The notes beneath the pieces were generated by a model. It had not been told where the DNA came from, searched no databases, and worked only from the letters and a program-made list of their open reading frames with translations. This document shows positions 29,449 through 38,746 of a DNA stretch of 64,000 bases, in pieces. The first letter of the stretch is position 1. Each line of letters opens with the position of its first letter. The DNA is from an uncultured Gemmatimonadota bacterium (GTDB lineage: Bacteria > JAAXHH01): assembly GCA_951812955.1 (NCBI GenBank), contig OX638340.1:1376001-1440000 (forward strand), written 5' to 3'. Both the position numbers and the translations under genes were made by a program.

Positions 29449-30165
29449 TCAGTGCTCCAGGCCTTCTTCCACGACCAGGATCCTGCCGCAGCTTTCACAG
29501 GACACCAGTCTCCGCCCCTGGCGGATCTGCAGCATGATTTGCAGTGGTATAATATGGAAACAGCCGGAGCAGGCCCCTTTCTTCACCGGTACGACGGTCA
29601 TCCCATGCAGGTTCCGCCGAATACGGTTGTATACCTTCAGGACCGGGTTCTCCACGCGCATGGCCATTCTCTTGCGCTCGTCCATTTTGACGGCGACGTC
29701 TTCGTCTACTGCCGAAAGCCTGGACTCGAGCGCCTTGCGCTCTTCGCTCAGGCGCTCGACGAGTGATTCGGTTTCACCGCGCATGGTCTCCAGCGCCTCT
29801 TGCTCGGACTCGGACTCGGAGATCAACTGCAGAATCGCGTCTTCGAGTTCGGAGATGAGGTTCTTCTGAGCCTGGATCTCGGTCTGAAGGGCGTCGTATT
29901 CCTTATTGGTTTTTACGCTGTAGAGCTGGCCCTGGTATTTTTGGACCCGTTCCTGCGCGATCTGCAGGTCCTGTTCGCGCTGACGCCTGTTTTTCTCGAT
30001 TTCCGCGACCTTCGTTACCTGGTCTGCGAGCCTGGTCTCCGCCTCGGACTGGACGGTTTCCATATCCTCCAGCTTATTGGGTATGTCTACCTTGTACTGT
30101 TCAAGGTCGTGCAGGCCCCGATCCGTTTCTTGTAATTCCAAAAGCGCTCTCAAGCTTTCCTGCAT
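29449..30165 (-). CDS. Coiled-coil C4 zinc-ribbon protein (COG1579/DUF164 family)
   Basis: 238 aa. Long heptad-repeat coiled coil (MQESLRALLELQETDRGL…) and a C-terminal CSGC…CESCGRIL zinc ribbon. Confidence 0.7.
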   Translation of the reverse strand: MQESLRALLELQETDRGLHDLEQYKVDIPNKLEDMETVQSEAETRLADQVTKVAEIEKNRRQREQDLQIAQERVQKYQGQLYSVKTNKEYDALQTEIQAQKNLISELEDAILQLISESESEQEALETMRGETESLVERLSEERKALESRLSAVDEDVAVKMDERKRMAMRVENPVLKVYNRIRRNLHGMTVVPVKKGACSGCFHIIPLQIMLQIRQGRRLVSCESCGRILVVEEGLEH

Positions 30166-30201
30166 GCGACCAAAGCCCTCCCTGGAGATGAAAAGGCGGA
30201 C

Positions 30202-30235
30202 AAAAAAAAATGCACGCTAATCGTGCATTTTTCTT
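30202..30235. terminator. Bidirectional rho-independent terminator hairpin (A-run / TGCACG-ctaat-CGTGCA / T-run)
   Basis: caaaaaaaaaTGCACGctaatCGTGCAtttttctt, a perfect 6-bp stem flanked by an A-run and a T-run. Located between two divergent gene starts. Confidence 0.4.
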
Positions 30236-30483
30236 AGTCTCAATCTGGTTTTGCCGTGCCCCGGGTCCGAAGAGGCAACTGAAGTCGGACCTTCAAGACA
30301 ATCGGGCACATAGACATATCCATCCTTTTCCCAATACTACTTGATTTATTCGATCATAGGACATAAAGATACTGCCTGAGGCATGTTGTGTCAACCAAAA
30401 TCAGGGAGGTTATCATGGGCTCGACCATACCGACCATACGATTCAGGGGCGGTAGAAAAGAAGAAGGTTTCGAACTGAACATC

Positions 30484-30942
30484 ATGGTTTCCAAATGGCT
30501 GTTCGCCGGCTTCGCAGCGCTGGTCGTCGCCGCCATGTCGCTGGGTTACGCCGTGCTGCCCGCCCAATCGCAGGACGACCGGGGCCGCAAGGCCATCGCA
30601 CCCGGCCAGAACTACAGCGAGGCCATCGAGGCGGGAGACTTCGTGTTCCTTTCTGGTAAGATCGCGGCAGTTCGGGGCCGCATCATCCCGGGAGGCATTC
30701 AGGCGGAAACCAAGATGGTCATGGACAACCTGCAAGCGGCTCTGGCCAAGTCAGGGCTGACGATGGATGACGTCGTCAAGGCCACGGTGTTTCTTGGTGA
30801 CCTGGAGGACTTTTCCGCCATGAATGAAGTGTACCGATCCTACTACACGGGCGATCCGCCTGCCCGTTCTACCATCCAGTCGGGTGTCGTCCTCAACGCC
30901 GGCATCGAGATCGACCTGATCGCCTACCGTGGCGGACAATAG
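30484..30942 (+). CDS. RidA/YjgF/TdcF-family protein with an N-terminal signal peptide
   Basis: Start chosen at MVSKWLFAGFAALVVAAMSLGYAVLPAQSQ (signal peptide); the ORF track starts at 30388. Endoribonuclease L-PSP/RidA fold motifs …FVFLSGKIA…KATVFLGDLEDFSAMNEVY…. Confidence 0.7.
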   Translation: MVSKWLFAGFAALVVAAMSLGYAVLPAQSQDDRGRKAIAPGQNYSEAIEAGDFVFLSGKIAAVRGRIIPGGIQAETKMVMDNLQAALAKSGLTMDDVVKATVFLGDLEDFSAMNEVYRSYYTGDPPARSTIQSGVVLNAGIEIDLIAYRGGQ

Positions 30943-30967
30943 AAGTCGGACCTGCCGGGAAAGGCGA

Positions 30968-31987
30968 ATGAAAGAAAAAACGACCGTCGGCGTGATCGGC
31001 CTGGGGCTGGGACAGGCCCATCTCGCCGGCTATCTGAAGGACGAGCGGACCGAGGTCATCGGACTGGCCGACCTCGATGCCGGGTTGGTCGAGGATACCG
31101 CATTGCGGCACGGCGTGCCCCACGCGTTCACCGACTACCGGGACCTGGCCGCCCTGGGACCCGATCTGGTCAGCGTCTGCCTCCCAAATTTTCTCCACGC
31201 TCCCGTGACCATCGACGTGCTTGACGCCGGCGCTCACGTACTGTGCGAAAAGCCCATGGCGCTGAACGCGGGTCAGGCGCGGGACATGGCCTTCGCCGCC
31301 CGGCGCAACGGCCGGTACCTGATGATCGCCCTGAACAACCGGTTCCGCGCGGAGACCCGGATCCTGAAGAAGCTCATCGAGCAGGAAGTGCTGGGCGAGA
31401 TCTACTATGCCAGGACCGGCTGGTTGAGGCGGAGCGGCATTCCGGGACCCGGGACCTGGTTTACACGCAAGTCCCAGGCCGGCGGCGGTCCACTGATCGA
31501 TCTCGGCGTCCACATGATCGATCTCACGCGCTGGCTGATGGGCAACCCCCGGCCCGTTTCCGTGGTGGGCGCTACCTATTCCCGGCTCAGCGACTCGGTG
31601 GAAGGCGTTTTCGACGTGGAAGATCTCGGTGCCGCCTTCATCCGGTTCGAGGGCGACGCCACGCTCGTCGCGGAGACGAGCTGGGCCTCCCACGTGCCCT
31701 CCGAGGGATCGTACGTCAAGCTGATGGGTACCCGGGGCGGCGCCGAGATCACCGGGAACGACCTGACCGTCTATACCGACCTGCACGGCGAGCAGGTGAA
31801 TATCACGCCCGCCTACGCTCCGCGGGAATGGTCGGAATGCGTCGCCGCCGAGATCGCCCATTTCGTGGACTGCATCCAGGCCGGCCGCACGCCCATGTCA
31901 ACGGGCGAGCAGGGCGTCGAAATCATGCAGATCCTGGATGGCATCTACGAATCGGCCGCGGGCAATCGGATGGTCCACATCGATTAG
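30968..31987 (+). CDS. Gfo/Idh/MocA-family NAD(P)-dependent oxidoreductase
   Basis: Start at MKEKTTVGVIGLGLGQAHL (Rossmann GxGxxG), followed by the …EKPMAL… catalytic motif. The ORF-track start at 30929 is an upstream extension. Confidence 0.8.
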   Translation: MKEKTTVGVIGLGLGQAHLAGYLKDERTEVIGLADLDAGLVEDTALRHGVPHAFTDYRDLAALGPDLVSVCLPNFLHAPVTIDVLDAGAHVLCEKPMALNAGQARDMAFAARRNGRYLMIALNNRFRAETRILKKLIEQEVLGEIYYARTGWLRRSGIPGPGTWFTRKSQAGGGPLIDLGVHMIDLTRWLMGNPRPVSVVGATYSRLSDSVEGVFDVEDLGAAFIRFEGDATLVAETSWASHVPSEGSYVKLMGTRGGAEITGNDLTVYTDLHGEQVNITPAYAPREWSECVAAEIAHFVDCIQAGRTPMSTGEQGVEIMQILDGIYESAAGNRMVHID

Positions 31988-32088
31988 CGCGCCGCGGGGA
32001 GTCGCGGCTGTTTGCCCACGGACAGGGAGTTACGCGGGGAGTCGCGGCTGTACACGCACAGAGCGCTACGTGGGGAGTCTTTCCCGGC

Positions 32089-33102
32089 TCACCGGGCTGT
32101 CCCTCCGGCGGCGGAGGGCCCGAATGCCCGGATGTTGAACTGGATCGTCCGGTCGCCCGGATCGGACGAGAGCGCGCTCCGGTAGGCGTCCGCGGCATCC
32201 GACAGCCGGCCTGACCGTTCATACGCGACCGCCAGGTTGTTCCAGGCCGCCGCGTCGTTCGGGTCCGCGTCCACGACGCCTTCCCAGATCGCCACCGCCC
32301 GGGACCAGTGCCCTTCTATTGCCGCCGAGACTGCCCGGCGGTCACCTGCAAAAACCAGTCGCCGCGTCACCTGGACCTGTTCCGGGACCAGGGCCGCCAT
32401 CAGGCGGTCCACGATGCGCCTGGACAGGACCTCGGCCAGCACCGGCGAGACGATCTCGACGGAGACCGCCCCCTCCGGCGGCGATTCAACGGGATCGGGC
32501 AGCACCGTGCGGTAGGATTCGGATTCCGTAATGGAATAACGGCCGATCAGTTCGTTCGATCCGACCTTGTAGGCCCTGAGCGTAACCGTCATGACCGCCG
32601 TCTGATCGATATGCGGCAGGATGTAGGACTTGTTGAGAAACCGGACATCGCTTCGGCCCGGTCCCACCCCGATGGCCTCCTCCTCCCGAAAGACTTTGAC
32701 CTCCCCGTATTCTTCCGTGTAGGTCCTTTCGAGATCGCCGACGAGTGTGATGTCGGCGTTGATTTCCCTTCCGACGAGCAGCGCGAGAGAATCGGAGACC
32801 TGTCCGGCGTCGTGCGGATGGCGTGACAGCGTCCGAAGCACCGGTCTCATTTCAATGGCCGACAGCGTGGAATCCGACACGAGGGCACGGGCGAACAGGA
32901 ACCCGGCCAGATTGTTGAGGGCCAGATCGGTACCGTTGAAACCCAGGAGGGCAATCGTCCCTTCTCCGCCGGGGAGACCAAGCAGGGGCGACCGGTAAAC
33001 GTCAAACCGGACGGAGAGCGAAGAAGCGGCGCATCCGGGAAGATGCGACAGGGTTGCCGCGGCCAGGAGCGACAGGACCGTCCTGTAGTATGAAGCGGTC
33101 AT
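32089..33102 (-). CDS. Hypothetical lipoprotein with C-terminal TPR repeats
   Basis: Start at MTASYY (33102). Lipobox LSHLPGC. C-terminal …AAAWNNLAVAYERSGRLSDAADAYRSAL… TPR. Confidence 0.45.
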   Translation of the reverse strand: MTASYYRTVLSLLAAATLSHLPGCAASSLSVRFDVYRSPLLGLPGGEGTIALLGFNGTDLALNNLAGFLFARALVSDSTLSAIEMRPVLRTLSRHPHDAGQVSDSLALLVGREINADITLVGDLERTYTEEYGEVKVFREEEAIGVGPGRSDVRFLNKSYILPHIDQTAVMTVTLRAYKVGSNELIGRYSITESESYRTVLPDPVESPPEGAVSVEIVSPVLAEVLSRRIVDRLMAALVPEQVQVTRRLVFAGDRRAVSAAIEGHWSRAVAIWEGVVDADPNDAAAWNNLAVAYERSGRLSDAADAYRSALSSDPGDRTIQFNIRAFGPSAAGGTAR

Positions 33103-33211
33103 GGTCCTGAATAGGTACGCCTTTTTCTCTCGGTGTGTCAAGCCGATTTAAGGCGTGCGCGTACGGCCAAGCCGACGTACAGGTACGCGCGTTGGAACCC
33201 CCCGAAAGAGG

Positions 33212-33240
33212 TTGACAATCCGGCCGTCCCCCGTTAATCT
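33212..33240 (+). promoter_or_regulatory. Sigma-70-like promoter candidate (TTGACA-N17-TAATCT) upstream of the Rieske / cytochrome b operon
   Basis: TTGACA at 33212-33217 and TAATCT at 33235-33240, ~40 nt upstream of the Rieske start. Confidence 0.3.
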
Positions 33241-33279
33241 GTCCATGACCAGAAACCTTGACAGAACGGGTTATCGTAT

Positions 33280-33774
33280 ATGTCCTCCACACCGAAACCA
33301 CCCGGTACCGACGTACCCCCTGGGAAACCACGAAAGTCGCCCGGCAAGACGCGGCCCGACCCTGTTCGCCGCCGCCGATTCCTGCGTAAATGCCTCGGCG
33401 CACTGGGCGGTGTCGGTTTTCTGATGGCTGTCTATCCGCTCATCCGGTACATCGAACCGCCCCCCGAAGCCGAGGGCGCCAACCGGGTCGAAATCGACAA
33501 GGCCTCCCTTCCCCCAGGCACGTCCAGGACAGTGATCTACCGGGGCCGGCCGACCATCGTGGTCAACACGTCCGATGGTTACATCGCCTACAACGCCGTA
33601 TGCCCCCACCTGGGTTGCGTCGTCAAGTGGGAGGGCGGAACGCAAAGCCTGATCTGTCCCTGTCACGGCGGTAAGTTCGGCACGGACGGCAGCGTCCAGG
33701 GCGGGCCGATTCCCGGTCCCCTGACCGCTGTCGAACTGTCCGTCAGCGACGACAAGATCATCATCGGGGCGTAA
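33280..33774 (+). CDS. Rieske [2Fe-2S] iron-sulfur subunit of a cytochrome bc-type complex
   Basis: 164 aa. Tat-like RRRFLRK signal; Rieske boxes CPHLGC and CPCHGG. Confidence 0.85.
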   Translation: MSSTPKPPGTDVPPGKPRKSPGKTRPDPVRRRRFLRKCLGALGGVGFLMAVYPLIRYIEPPPEAEGANRVEIDKASLPPGTSRTVIYRGRPTIVVNTSDGYIAYNAVCPHLGCVVKWEGGTQSLICPCHGGKFGTDGSVQGGPIPGPLTAVELSVSDDKIIIGA

Positions 33775-33819
33775 CCGTACCCGGGAAGTTCTTACTACGC
33801 GGAGCACAAACCTGTCACC

Positions 33820-35019
33820 ATGATAAGACGCCTGTCCAACGCGTTGTACCACTGGCTCGACGACCGCGTGGAAATATCTATCGTCATCGATTTCTGCCAC
33901 CGCCAGTTGACCAAGCCCGTGCCCCGCCATCTCAACTGGCTTTTTTCCTTCGGGACGGTCACCCTCGCCTTCTTTCTGTCCCAGGCCGTCTCGGGCGTCT
34001 TCCTGATGATCTATTACGAGGCCTCCGCCGATACGGCCTACGAAAGCGTCAGATACATCATGGAGCAAGTCCGCTTCGGCTGGCTCATGCGACAGGTGCA
34101 TTCCTACGGCGCCAACTTCATGATCGCCTTCCTGCTGCTGCACTCGGTCCGTGTTTTCTTCTACGGTGGATACAAGAAACCCAGGGAGCTTACCTGGCTC
34201 TTCGGATTCGCCCTGCTGTGCGTGACCCTGGCCTTCGGTTTTACGGGTTATCTCCTTCCCTGGGACCAGTTGTCCTACTGGGGCACCACCGTGGGTACGG
34301 AGATTGCCGCCGCGACCCCGGTCATCGGGGAGTATCTCCTGATCCTCATGCGGGGCGGCGAGATCATCTCCGACGTGACGCTCACCCGATTCTTCATGGC
34401 ACACGTGGTTCTGCTGCCCTGGGTATTCATCGGACTGGTAGCCGTACACCTGGTCCTCATCCGGTACAAGGGCATTTCGCCTCTGGAGGGCACCGACGTG
34501 CCGGAGAAGACGCCGGAAGAATTGAAGAAAGCCGGAGGCAAGCCTTTCTACCCCCAGCACGTGATGAAAGAAGCCATCGTGGTATTGCTCGTGCTTGCAT
34601 CGATGATATTCATGATCATCTACTACCCCCTGCCGCTGCACGAAAAGGCCGATCCCTTCAACACGCCCGTCGGGGTCAGGCCTGAATGGTATTTTCTCTC
34701 CTCGTACCAGGCATTGAAATACCTCCCGAAAACCATCGGCATCATCGGATCCGGCCTGGTCGTCCTGGCCATCTGCCTCCTGCCCTTCTGGGACAGGACG
34801 CCCGCCCGCAGACCGTCCCGCCGCCCGGTCGCCACCTCTCTCGGCATCATGTTCATCGTACTGAACATCGTTCTCGCGCTGCTCGGGAAGATCTCCGAAA
34901 CGGAAATGACCATCATGGGCACGAGGTATCATTTCGATATCTATGGCTGGCCCCATGCCATCGCGACGGTCGAGGAACCGGCGGCCGAACCGGACACGGG
35001 CGACGGGGGGACCGAATGA
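33820..35019 (+). CDS. Cytochrome b (b6 with fused subunit IV)
   Basis: 399 aa, 8 or more TM helices, conserved heme-ligand His residues (…GANFMIAFLLLHSVRVFF…, …RFFMAHVVLLP…) and a PEWY motif. Confidence 0.9.
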   Translation: MIRRLSNALYHWLDDRVEISIVIDFCHRQLTKPVPRHLNWLFSFGTVTLAFFLSQAVSGVFLMIYYEASADTAYESVRYIMEQVRFGWLMRQVHSYGANFMIAFLLLHSVRVFFYGGYKKPRELTWLFGFALLCVTLAFGFTGYLLPWDQLSYWGTTVGTEIAAATPVIGEYLLILMRGGEIISDVTLTRFFMAHVVLLPWVFIGLVAVHLVLIRYKGISPLEGTDVPEKTPEELKKAGGKPFYPQHVMKEAIVVLLVLASMIFMIIYYPLPLHEKADPFNTPVGVRPEWYFLSSYQALKYLPKTIGIIGSGLVVLAICLLPFWDRTPARRPSRRPVATSLGIMFIVLNIVLALLGKISETEMTIMGTRYHFDIYGWPHAIATVEEPAAEPDTGDGGTE

Positions 35020-35906
35020 GCGAGCTGACTCACGCCGGGTATCGACCCGGTGCCGGCGCGTGGAATGCCCTGTCGGCCCGGACGGCGGAATACACTGCGC
35101 GGTCGGCCGTCATCCTGCTGCTGTTACTCGTCTGGACGCCTGCCGGTTCAGCAACGGCGCAACAGGCCGTGACGACGAACACCTGCGTCAGTTGTCACGC
35201 CGACCTGGACGATGAGGACATGAGCCTGCCTGTGGCCGAATGGCAGCGGAGCGCGCACCGCCCCGCGGACATCGCCTGCCAGGACTGCCACGGCGGGAAT
35301 CCCGCCTCAATGGTGGAGGACGAAGCGCACGACGTCGAAAGAGATTTCGTGGGCCTGCCCGACCCCTATGTCGTTCATGAACTGTGCGGCGAGTGCCACC
35401 AGGTCCAGATGGAAAACTACGTGCCCAGTCCTCATGGCCTGGAGGGTGACTTCTGGCCCAACTGCGTCGACTGTCACGAGAACCATGAAGTCGTCTTCCC
35501 ACGGGCCTCGCTGATATCCATACCCGACAACTGCGAAGACTGTCACGAACAGGAAATCATGGACGACTTCATCGCCCTTACCGACCGGGGCCTTGAACCC
35601 GTTAACGAATTCCGGCGGGCGGCGGAGGAGATCCGTTCGGCGGGCGTACCGGTCGACCTGATCCTGGCCCAGGCGTCCCTGGCGCGGGATGCATACATCC
35701 AGCAGGCCTCTCACGTATTCGTTCTCGATAAAATGACCGCCGTCGTCGATTCGCTCGAACAAGTCTATCCGCGCATACAAAAGGAAGTGAATACCGCACG
35801 CACCGAAGTCGATACCCGGCGCAGATTCGGTTGGATGTTCATCGGCCTGTTCCTCGTGCTGGCGGGCGTTATCTGGCTGTACCGCCGGGCGCTTCCGGAA
35901 GACTGA
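35016..35906 (+). CDS. Pentaheme c-type cytochrome, membrane anchored
   Basis: Start at MSELTHAGYR overlaps the cytochrome b stop (ATGA). Five CxxCH motifs (CVSCH, CQDCH, CGECH, CVDCH, CEDCH), an N-terminal signal/anchor and a C-terminal TM helix. Confidence 0.8.
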   Translation: MSELTHAGYRPGAGAWNALSARTAEYTARSAVILLLLLVWTPAGSATAQQAVTTNTCVSCHADLDDEDMSLPVAEWQRSAHRPADIACQDCHGGNPASMVEDEAHDVERDFVGLPDPYVVHELCGECHQVQMENYVPSPHGLEGDFWPNCVDCHENHEVVFPRASLISIPDNCEDCHEQEIMDDFIALTDRGLEPVNEFRRAAEEIRSAGVPVDLILAQASLARDAYIQQASHVFVLDKMTAVVDSLEQVYPRIQKEVNTARTEVDTRRRFGWMFIGLFLVLAGVIWLYRRALPED

Positions 35907-35960
35907 ACCGATTGAATTCCTCAGCCGGCCAGGGTGTCTCTGTAGCGTCGGCCTTCGCTA

Positions 35961-36059
35961 CCTGAGCGCCTGCGCACCCACTAACAGGGGTGCCCGGCCT
36001 GTGCACTGGCCGGGGTACCGACGCACCCACTGACCTGAGCGCCTACGCACCCACTAACC
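35961..36059. repeat. 26-nt imperfect direct repeat (cctgagcgcctgcgcacccactaaca / cctgagcgcctacgcacccactaacc), with a third cgcacccactgac copy between
   Basis: Copies at 35961-35986 and 36034-36059, immediately upstream of the PIG-L deacetylase start (36071). Confidence 0.8.
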
Positions 36060-36070
36060 GGGGGCAGACC

Positions 36071-38737
36071 ATGCAAACGCGTCTGATTCTGTGTATCCCG
36101 ATCGCCTTACTTTTGCTCGCAGTTTCTGCCACCCGCGGCGCTGCCGGACCCATCCGGCCCGTGCCCGACGGCAAGGGAACGGCCACGCTGGCGCAGTCGG
36201 TCCTCCGCCTGCCGGTCGTCGCCAGCATGCTGCACACCGGCGCCCATCCCGATGACGAGAACAGCGCCCTGGTCGCCTATGTCAGCCGCGGGCTGCATGC
36301 CCGAACTGCCTACCTTTCGCTCAATCGCGGTGAAGGTGGCCAGAACCTGATCGGACCCGAACTGTACGACGCCATCGGCGTGATCCGGTCAGAAGAACTG
36401 TTGAGCGCTCGCCGTTTCGACGGGGCGGAACAGTTTTTCACCCGGGCATACGATTTCGGGTTCTCAAAGTCCGCCGAGGAAACCCTGGACTACTGGAACG
36501 GGGATGAAATGCTCCTGTCGGACGTGGTGCGCGTCATACGCCGTTTTCGTCCCGACGTGATCGTATCCGTCTTCGCCGATTCGCCCCGCGACGGCCACGG
36601 CCATCACCAGGCATCGGGGAGAATCACACGGGAAGCATTCCACGCCGCGGCCGACCCGGATCGATTCCCGGTACAACTGCGGGAAGGATTGCGTCCCTGG
36701 CAGGCGCGAAAGCTGTATATCAACAACACCCGGGCGTCCTTCGACAGCATCGATTCCCTCGTAGTCGACGTGGGAACCTACAGCCCCGTGCTTGATCGAT
36801 CGTACCGCGAACTCGGTCTGGCGGGCCGCAGCATGCACCGCTCCCAGGACATGGGGACCCTGCAGCCCAAGGGCCCGGCGACCTCCATGATCAAGCTGGT
36901 GGCGCGCGCGGGCATGGCGGATGCGGACGGAGACGCCCACCTGTTCGATGGCCTCGACACGACGTTCATGAGGCTCTATGCCATGGCCGGTCCGGATGCC
37001 GGAAAGGTACCTGGATTCACCGGTCGGCTCGGCCGCCTGGACGCGCTGGCCCGCGAGGCCGTGGACGCGTACCGTCCGCTGGAGCCGCTCGCCCTGCTGG
37101 ATCCCGTGCTGGAAGGCCTTCGGACCATCAGGACGCTTCGGGAAGATCTTGTGGAGAGTGCTCCACCGGCCGGCGTGCTAGACGACCTCCTGTTTCTTCT
37201 CGATCGGAAGGAACAGGACTTCTCCGATGTCGCGGTCCTCGCCCTCGGCATGGCATTCGAAGTGCTGACCGGCGACGACCGGGTGGTTCCGGGCGATACG
37301 CTCGGAGTGAGCCTGGCGTTGCTGAACCGCAGCACGAAGCCCGTCCGGGTCACTCGCATCGGACTGGACGTCCCGGATGGATGGACCGCGGAATCCGGTC
37401 CGGTTTCGGCCGAACCGGGGACGGACATCGGCTACAATGAAAGCCTTAAGGGGGATTGGCGGGTTTTCGTTCCTCCCGACGCCCGTCTCACCCGGCCCTA
37501 CTGGCATCGCCGCTCCCTGAACGACCGGCGGGTCGTGGTTGACGACACGGTGTTGATCGGGCTCCCCTGGCGTCCGCAGCCCGTGACTGGACGGGCAAAT
37601 GTGCTCGTGGACGGCGTAGAGATCGAAATCCGCCAACCTGCCCAGTACCGCTATGCCGACCGGGCCTTCGGTGAGATCCGGCGAGAACTGAAGGTGGTTC
37701 CCGCGCTGACGGTCGCCCTGGAACCTCGGATCGTGGTCGCCGGGGCCGGACAGGAGAGTTCTCTGCGCTTCAGTGTATCCGTGATCAGCAACGAAAACGG
37801 CGGGGTCTCCGGCGGGCTGTCACTCGAGGTACCCAAAGGCTGGGAAGTCACGCCCCGGGAATCGGCCTTGTCGTTCTCCGGGAAGGGACAGACCGCGACG
37901 TTCAACTTCAGGATACTCCCTGCCGGCGACGCGCCGGAGGGCGCTCACGAGGTACGGGCGGTGGCAAGGGCCGGCGGGAACGAGTATCGAGAGGGATACG
38001 ATGTAATAGCCTATCCCCATACCGAACCCAGGCACCTGTACCGCCAGGCGGCGTCCACCGTACAGGTCACCCCGGTCAGGCTGACGGAAGGGCTGAAGGT
38101 TGGCTACATCATGGGCTCCGGCGACCAGGTGCCGATCGTGCTGGAGCAGATGGGCGTGCAGGTGCGACTGCTGAACCGGGAGGATCTCTCAGCGACGGAT
38201 CTGGGGGCCTACGACCTGATCATCGCCGGGATCCGCGCCTACGAAGTCCGGCCGGATCTCGTCGCCGTAAACCGGCGCCTGCTGGATTACGTGGAGGCCG
38301 GGGGCGTCTATATCGTCCAGTACAACAAATACGCCTTCAACCGGAACCAGTACGGCCCATATCCATTCCGGATAAACCGTCCCCACGACCGGGTCACACG
38401 GGAAGACGCGCCGGTAAACATCCTGGTACCGGATCATCCCGTTTTTAACTGGCCCAACCGGATAACTGAAGTGGATTTCGAGGGATGGGTGCAGGAACGC
38501 GGCCTGTATTTCCTGGGAGAATGGGATCCCCGTTACAAGCCGCTCATGGCTTCGCAGGACCCGGGAGAGACGCCCAGGGCCGGCGGTCTCGTCGAAGCCC
38601 GCTACGGCAAGGGACGCTATATCTACACAGGTTACGCCTGGTTCCGCCAATTGCCCGCGGGCGTTCCCGGAGCGGTGAGACTGTTTGCCAACCTGATCAG
38701 CCTGGCGAAGCCGACCGCCGAAAACGGGAACCCGTAA
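36071..38737 (+). CDS. Large secreted PIG-L/LmbE-family N-acetylglucosaminyl deacetylase with a C-terminal GATase1/ThuA-like domain
   Basis: Start at MQTRLILCIPIALLLLAVSA (signal peptide). LmbE motif …MLHTGAHPDDENSAL…. C-terminal …GYIMGSGDQVPIVLEQMGVQVRLL…YDLIIAGIRAYE… is a ThuA-like fold. Confidence 0.7.
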   Translation: MQTRLILCIPIALLLLAVSATRGAAGPIRPVPDGKGTATLAQSVLRLPVVASMLHTGAHPDDENSALVAYVSRGLHARTAYLSLNRGEGGQNLIGPELYDAIGVIRSEELLSARRFDGAEQFFTRAYDFGFSKSAEETLDYWNGDEMLLSDVVRVIRRFRPDVIVSVFADSPRDGHGHHQASGRITREAFHAAADPDRFPVQLREGLRPWQARKLYINNTRASFDSIDSLVVDVGTYSPVLDRSYRELGLAGRSMHRSQDMGTLQPKGPATSMIKLVARAGMADADGDAHLFDGLDTTFMRLYAMAGPDAGKVPGFTGRLGRLDALAREAVDAYRPLEPLALLDPVLEGLRTIRTLREDLVESAPPAGVLDDLLFLLDRKEQDFSDVAVLALGMAFEVLTGDDRVVPGDTLGVSLALLNRSTKPVRVTRIGLDVPDGWTAESGPVSAEPGTDIGYNESLKGDWRVFVPPDARLTRPYWHRRSLNDRRVVVDDTVLIGLPWRPQPVTGRANVLVDGVEIEIRQPAQYRYADRAFGEIRRELKVVPALTVALEPRIVVAGAGQESSLRFSVSVISNENGGVSGGLSLEVPKGWEVTPRESALSFSGKGQTATFNFRILPAGDAPEGAHEVRAVARAGGNEYREGYDVIAYPHTEPRHLYRQAASTVQVTPVRLTEGLKVGYIMGSGDQVPIVLEQMGVQVRLLNREDLSATDLGAYDLIIAGIRAYEVRPDLVAVNRRLLDYVEAGGVYIVQYNKYAFNRNQYGPYPFRINRPHDRVTREDAPVNILVPDHPVFNWPNRITEVDFEGWVQERGLYFLGEWDPRYKPLMASQDPGETPRAGGLVEARYGKGRYIYTGYAWFRQLPAGVPGAVRLFANLISLAKPTAENGNP

Positions 38738-38746
38738 GCCGTTTTG

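Noticed and set aside
29212-29869. ORFs 29212-29766(+), 29342-29869(+) and 29265-29498(-), which translate the 18-nt minisatellite into (LRVAAG)n / (TRNPAA)n
   Set aside because: They exist only because the repeat period is a multiple of 3. They overlap rnpB and the Zn-ribbon gene on the other strand and have no start context.
34686-35015. 5' extension of the cytochrome c ORF overlapping cytochrome b in another frame
   Set aside because: The extension is out of frame inside cytochrome b. The real start is the ATG at 35016, which overlaps the cytochrome b stop.
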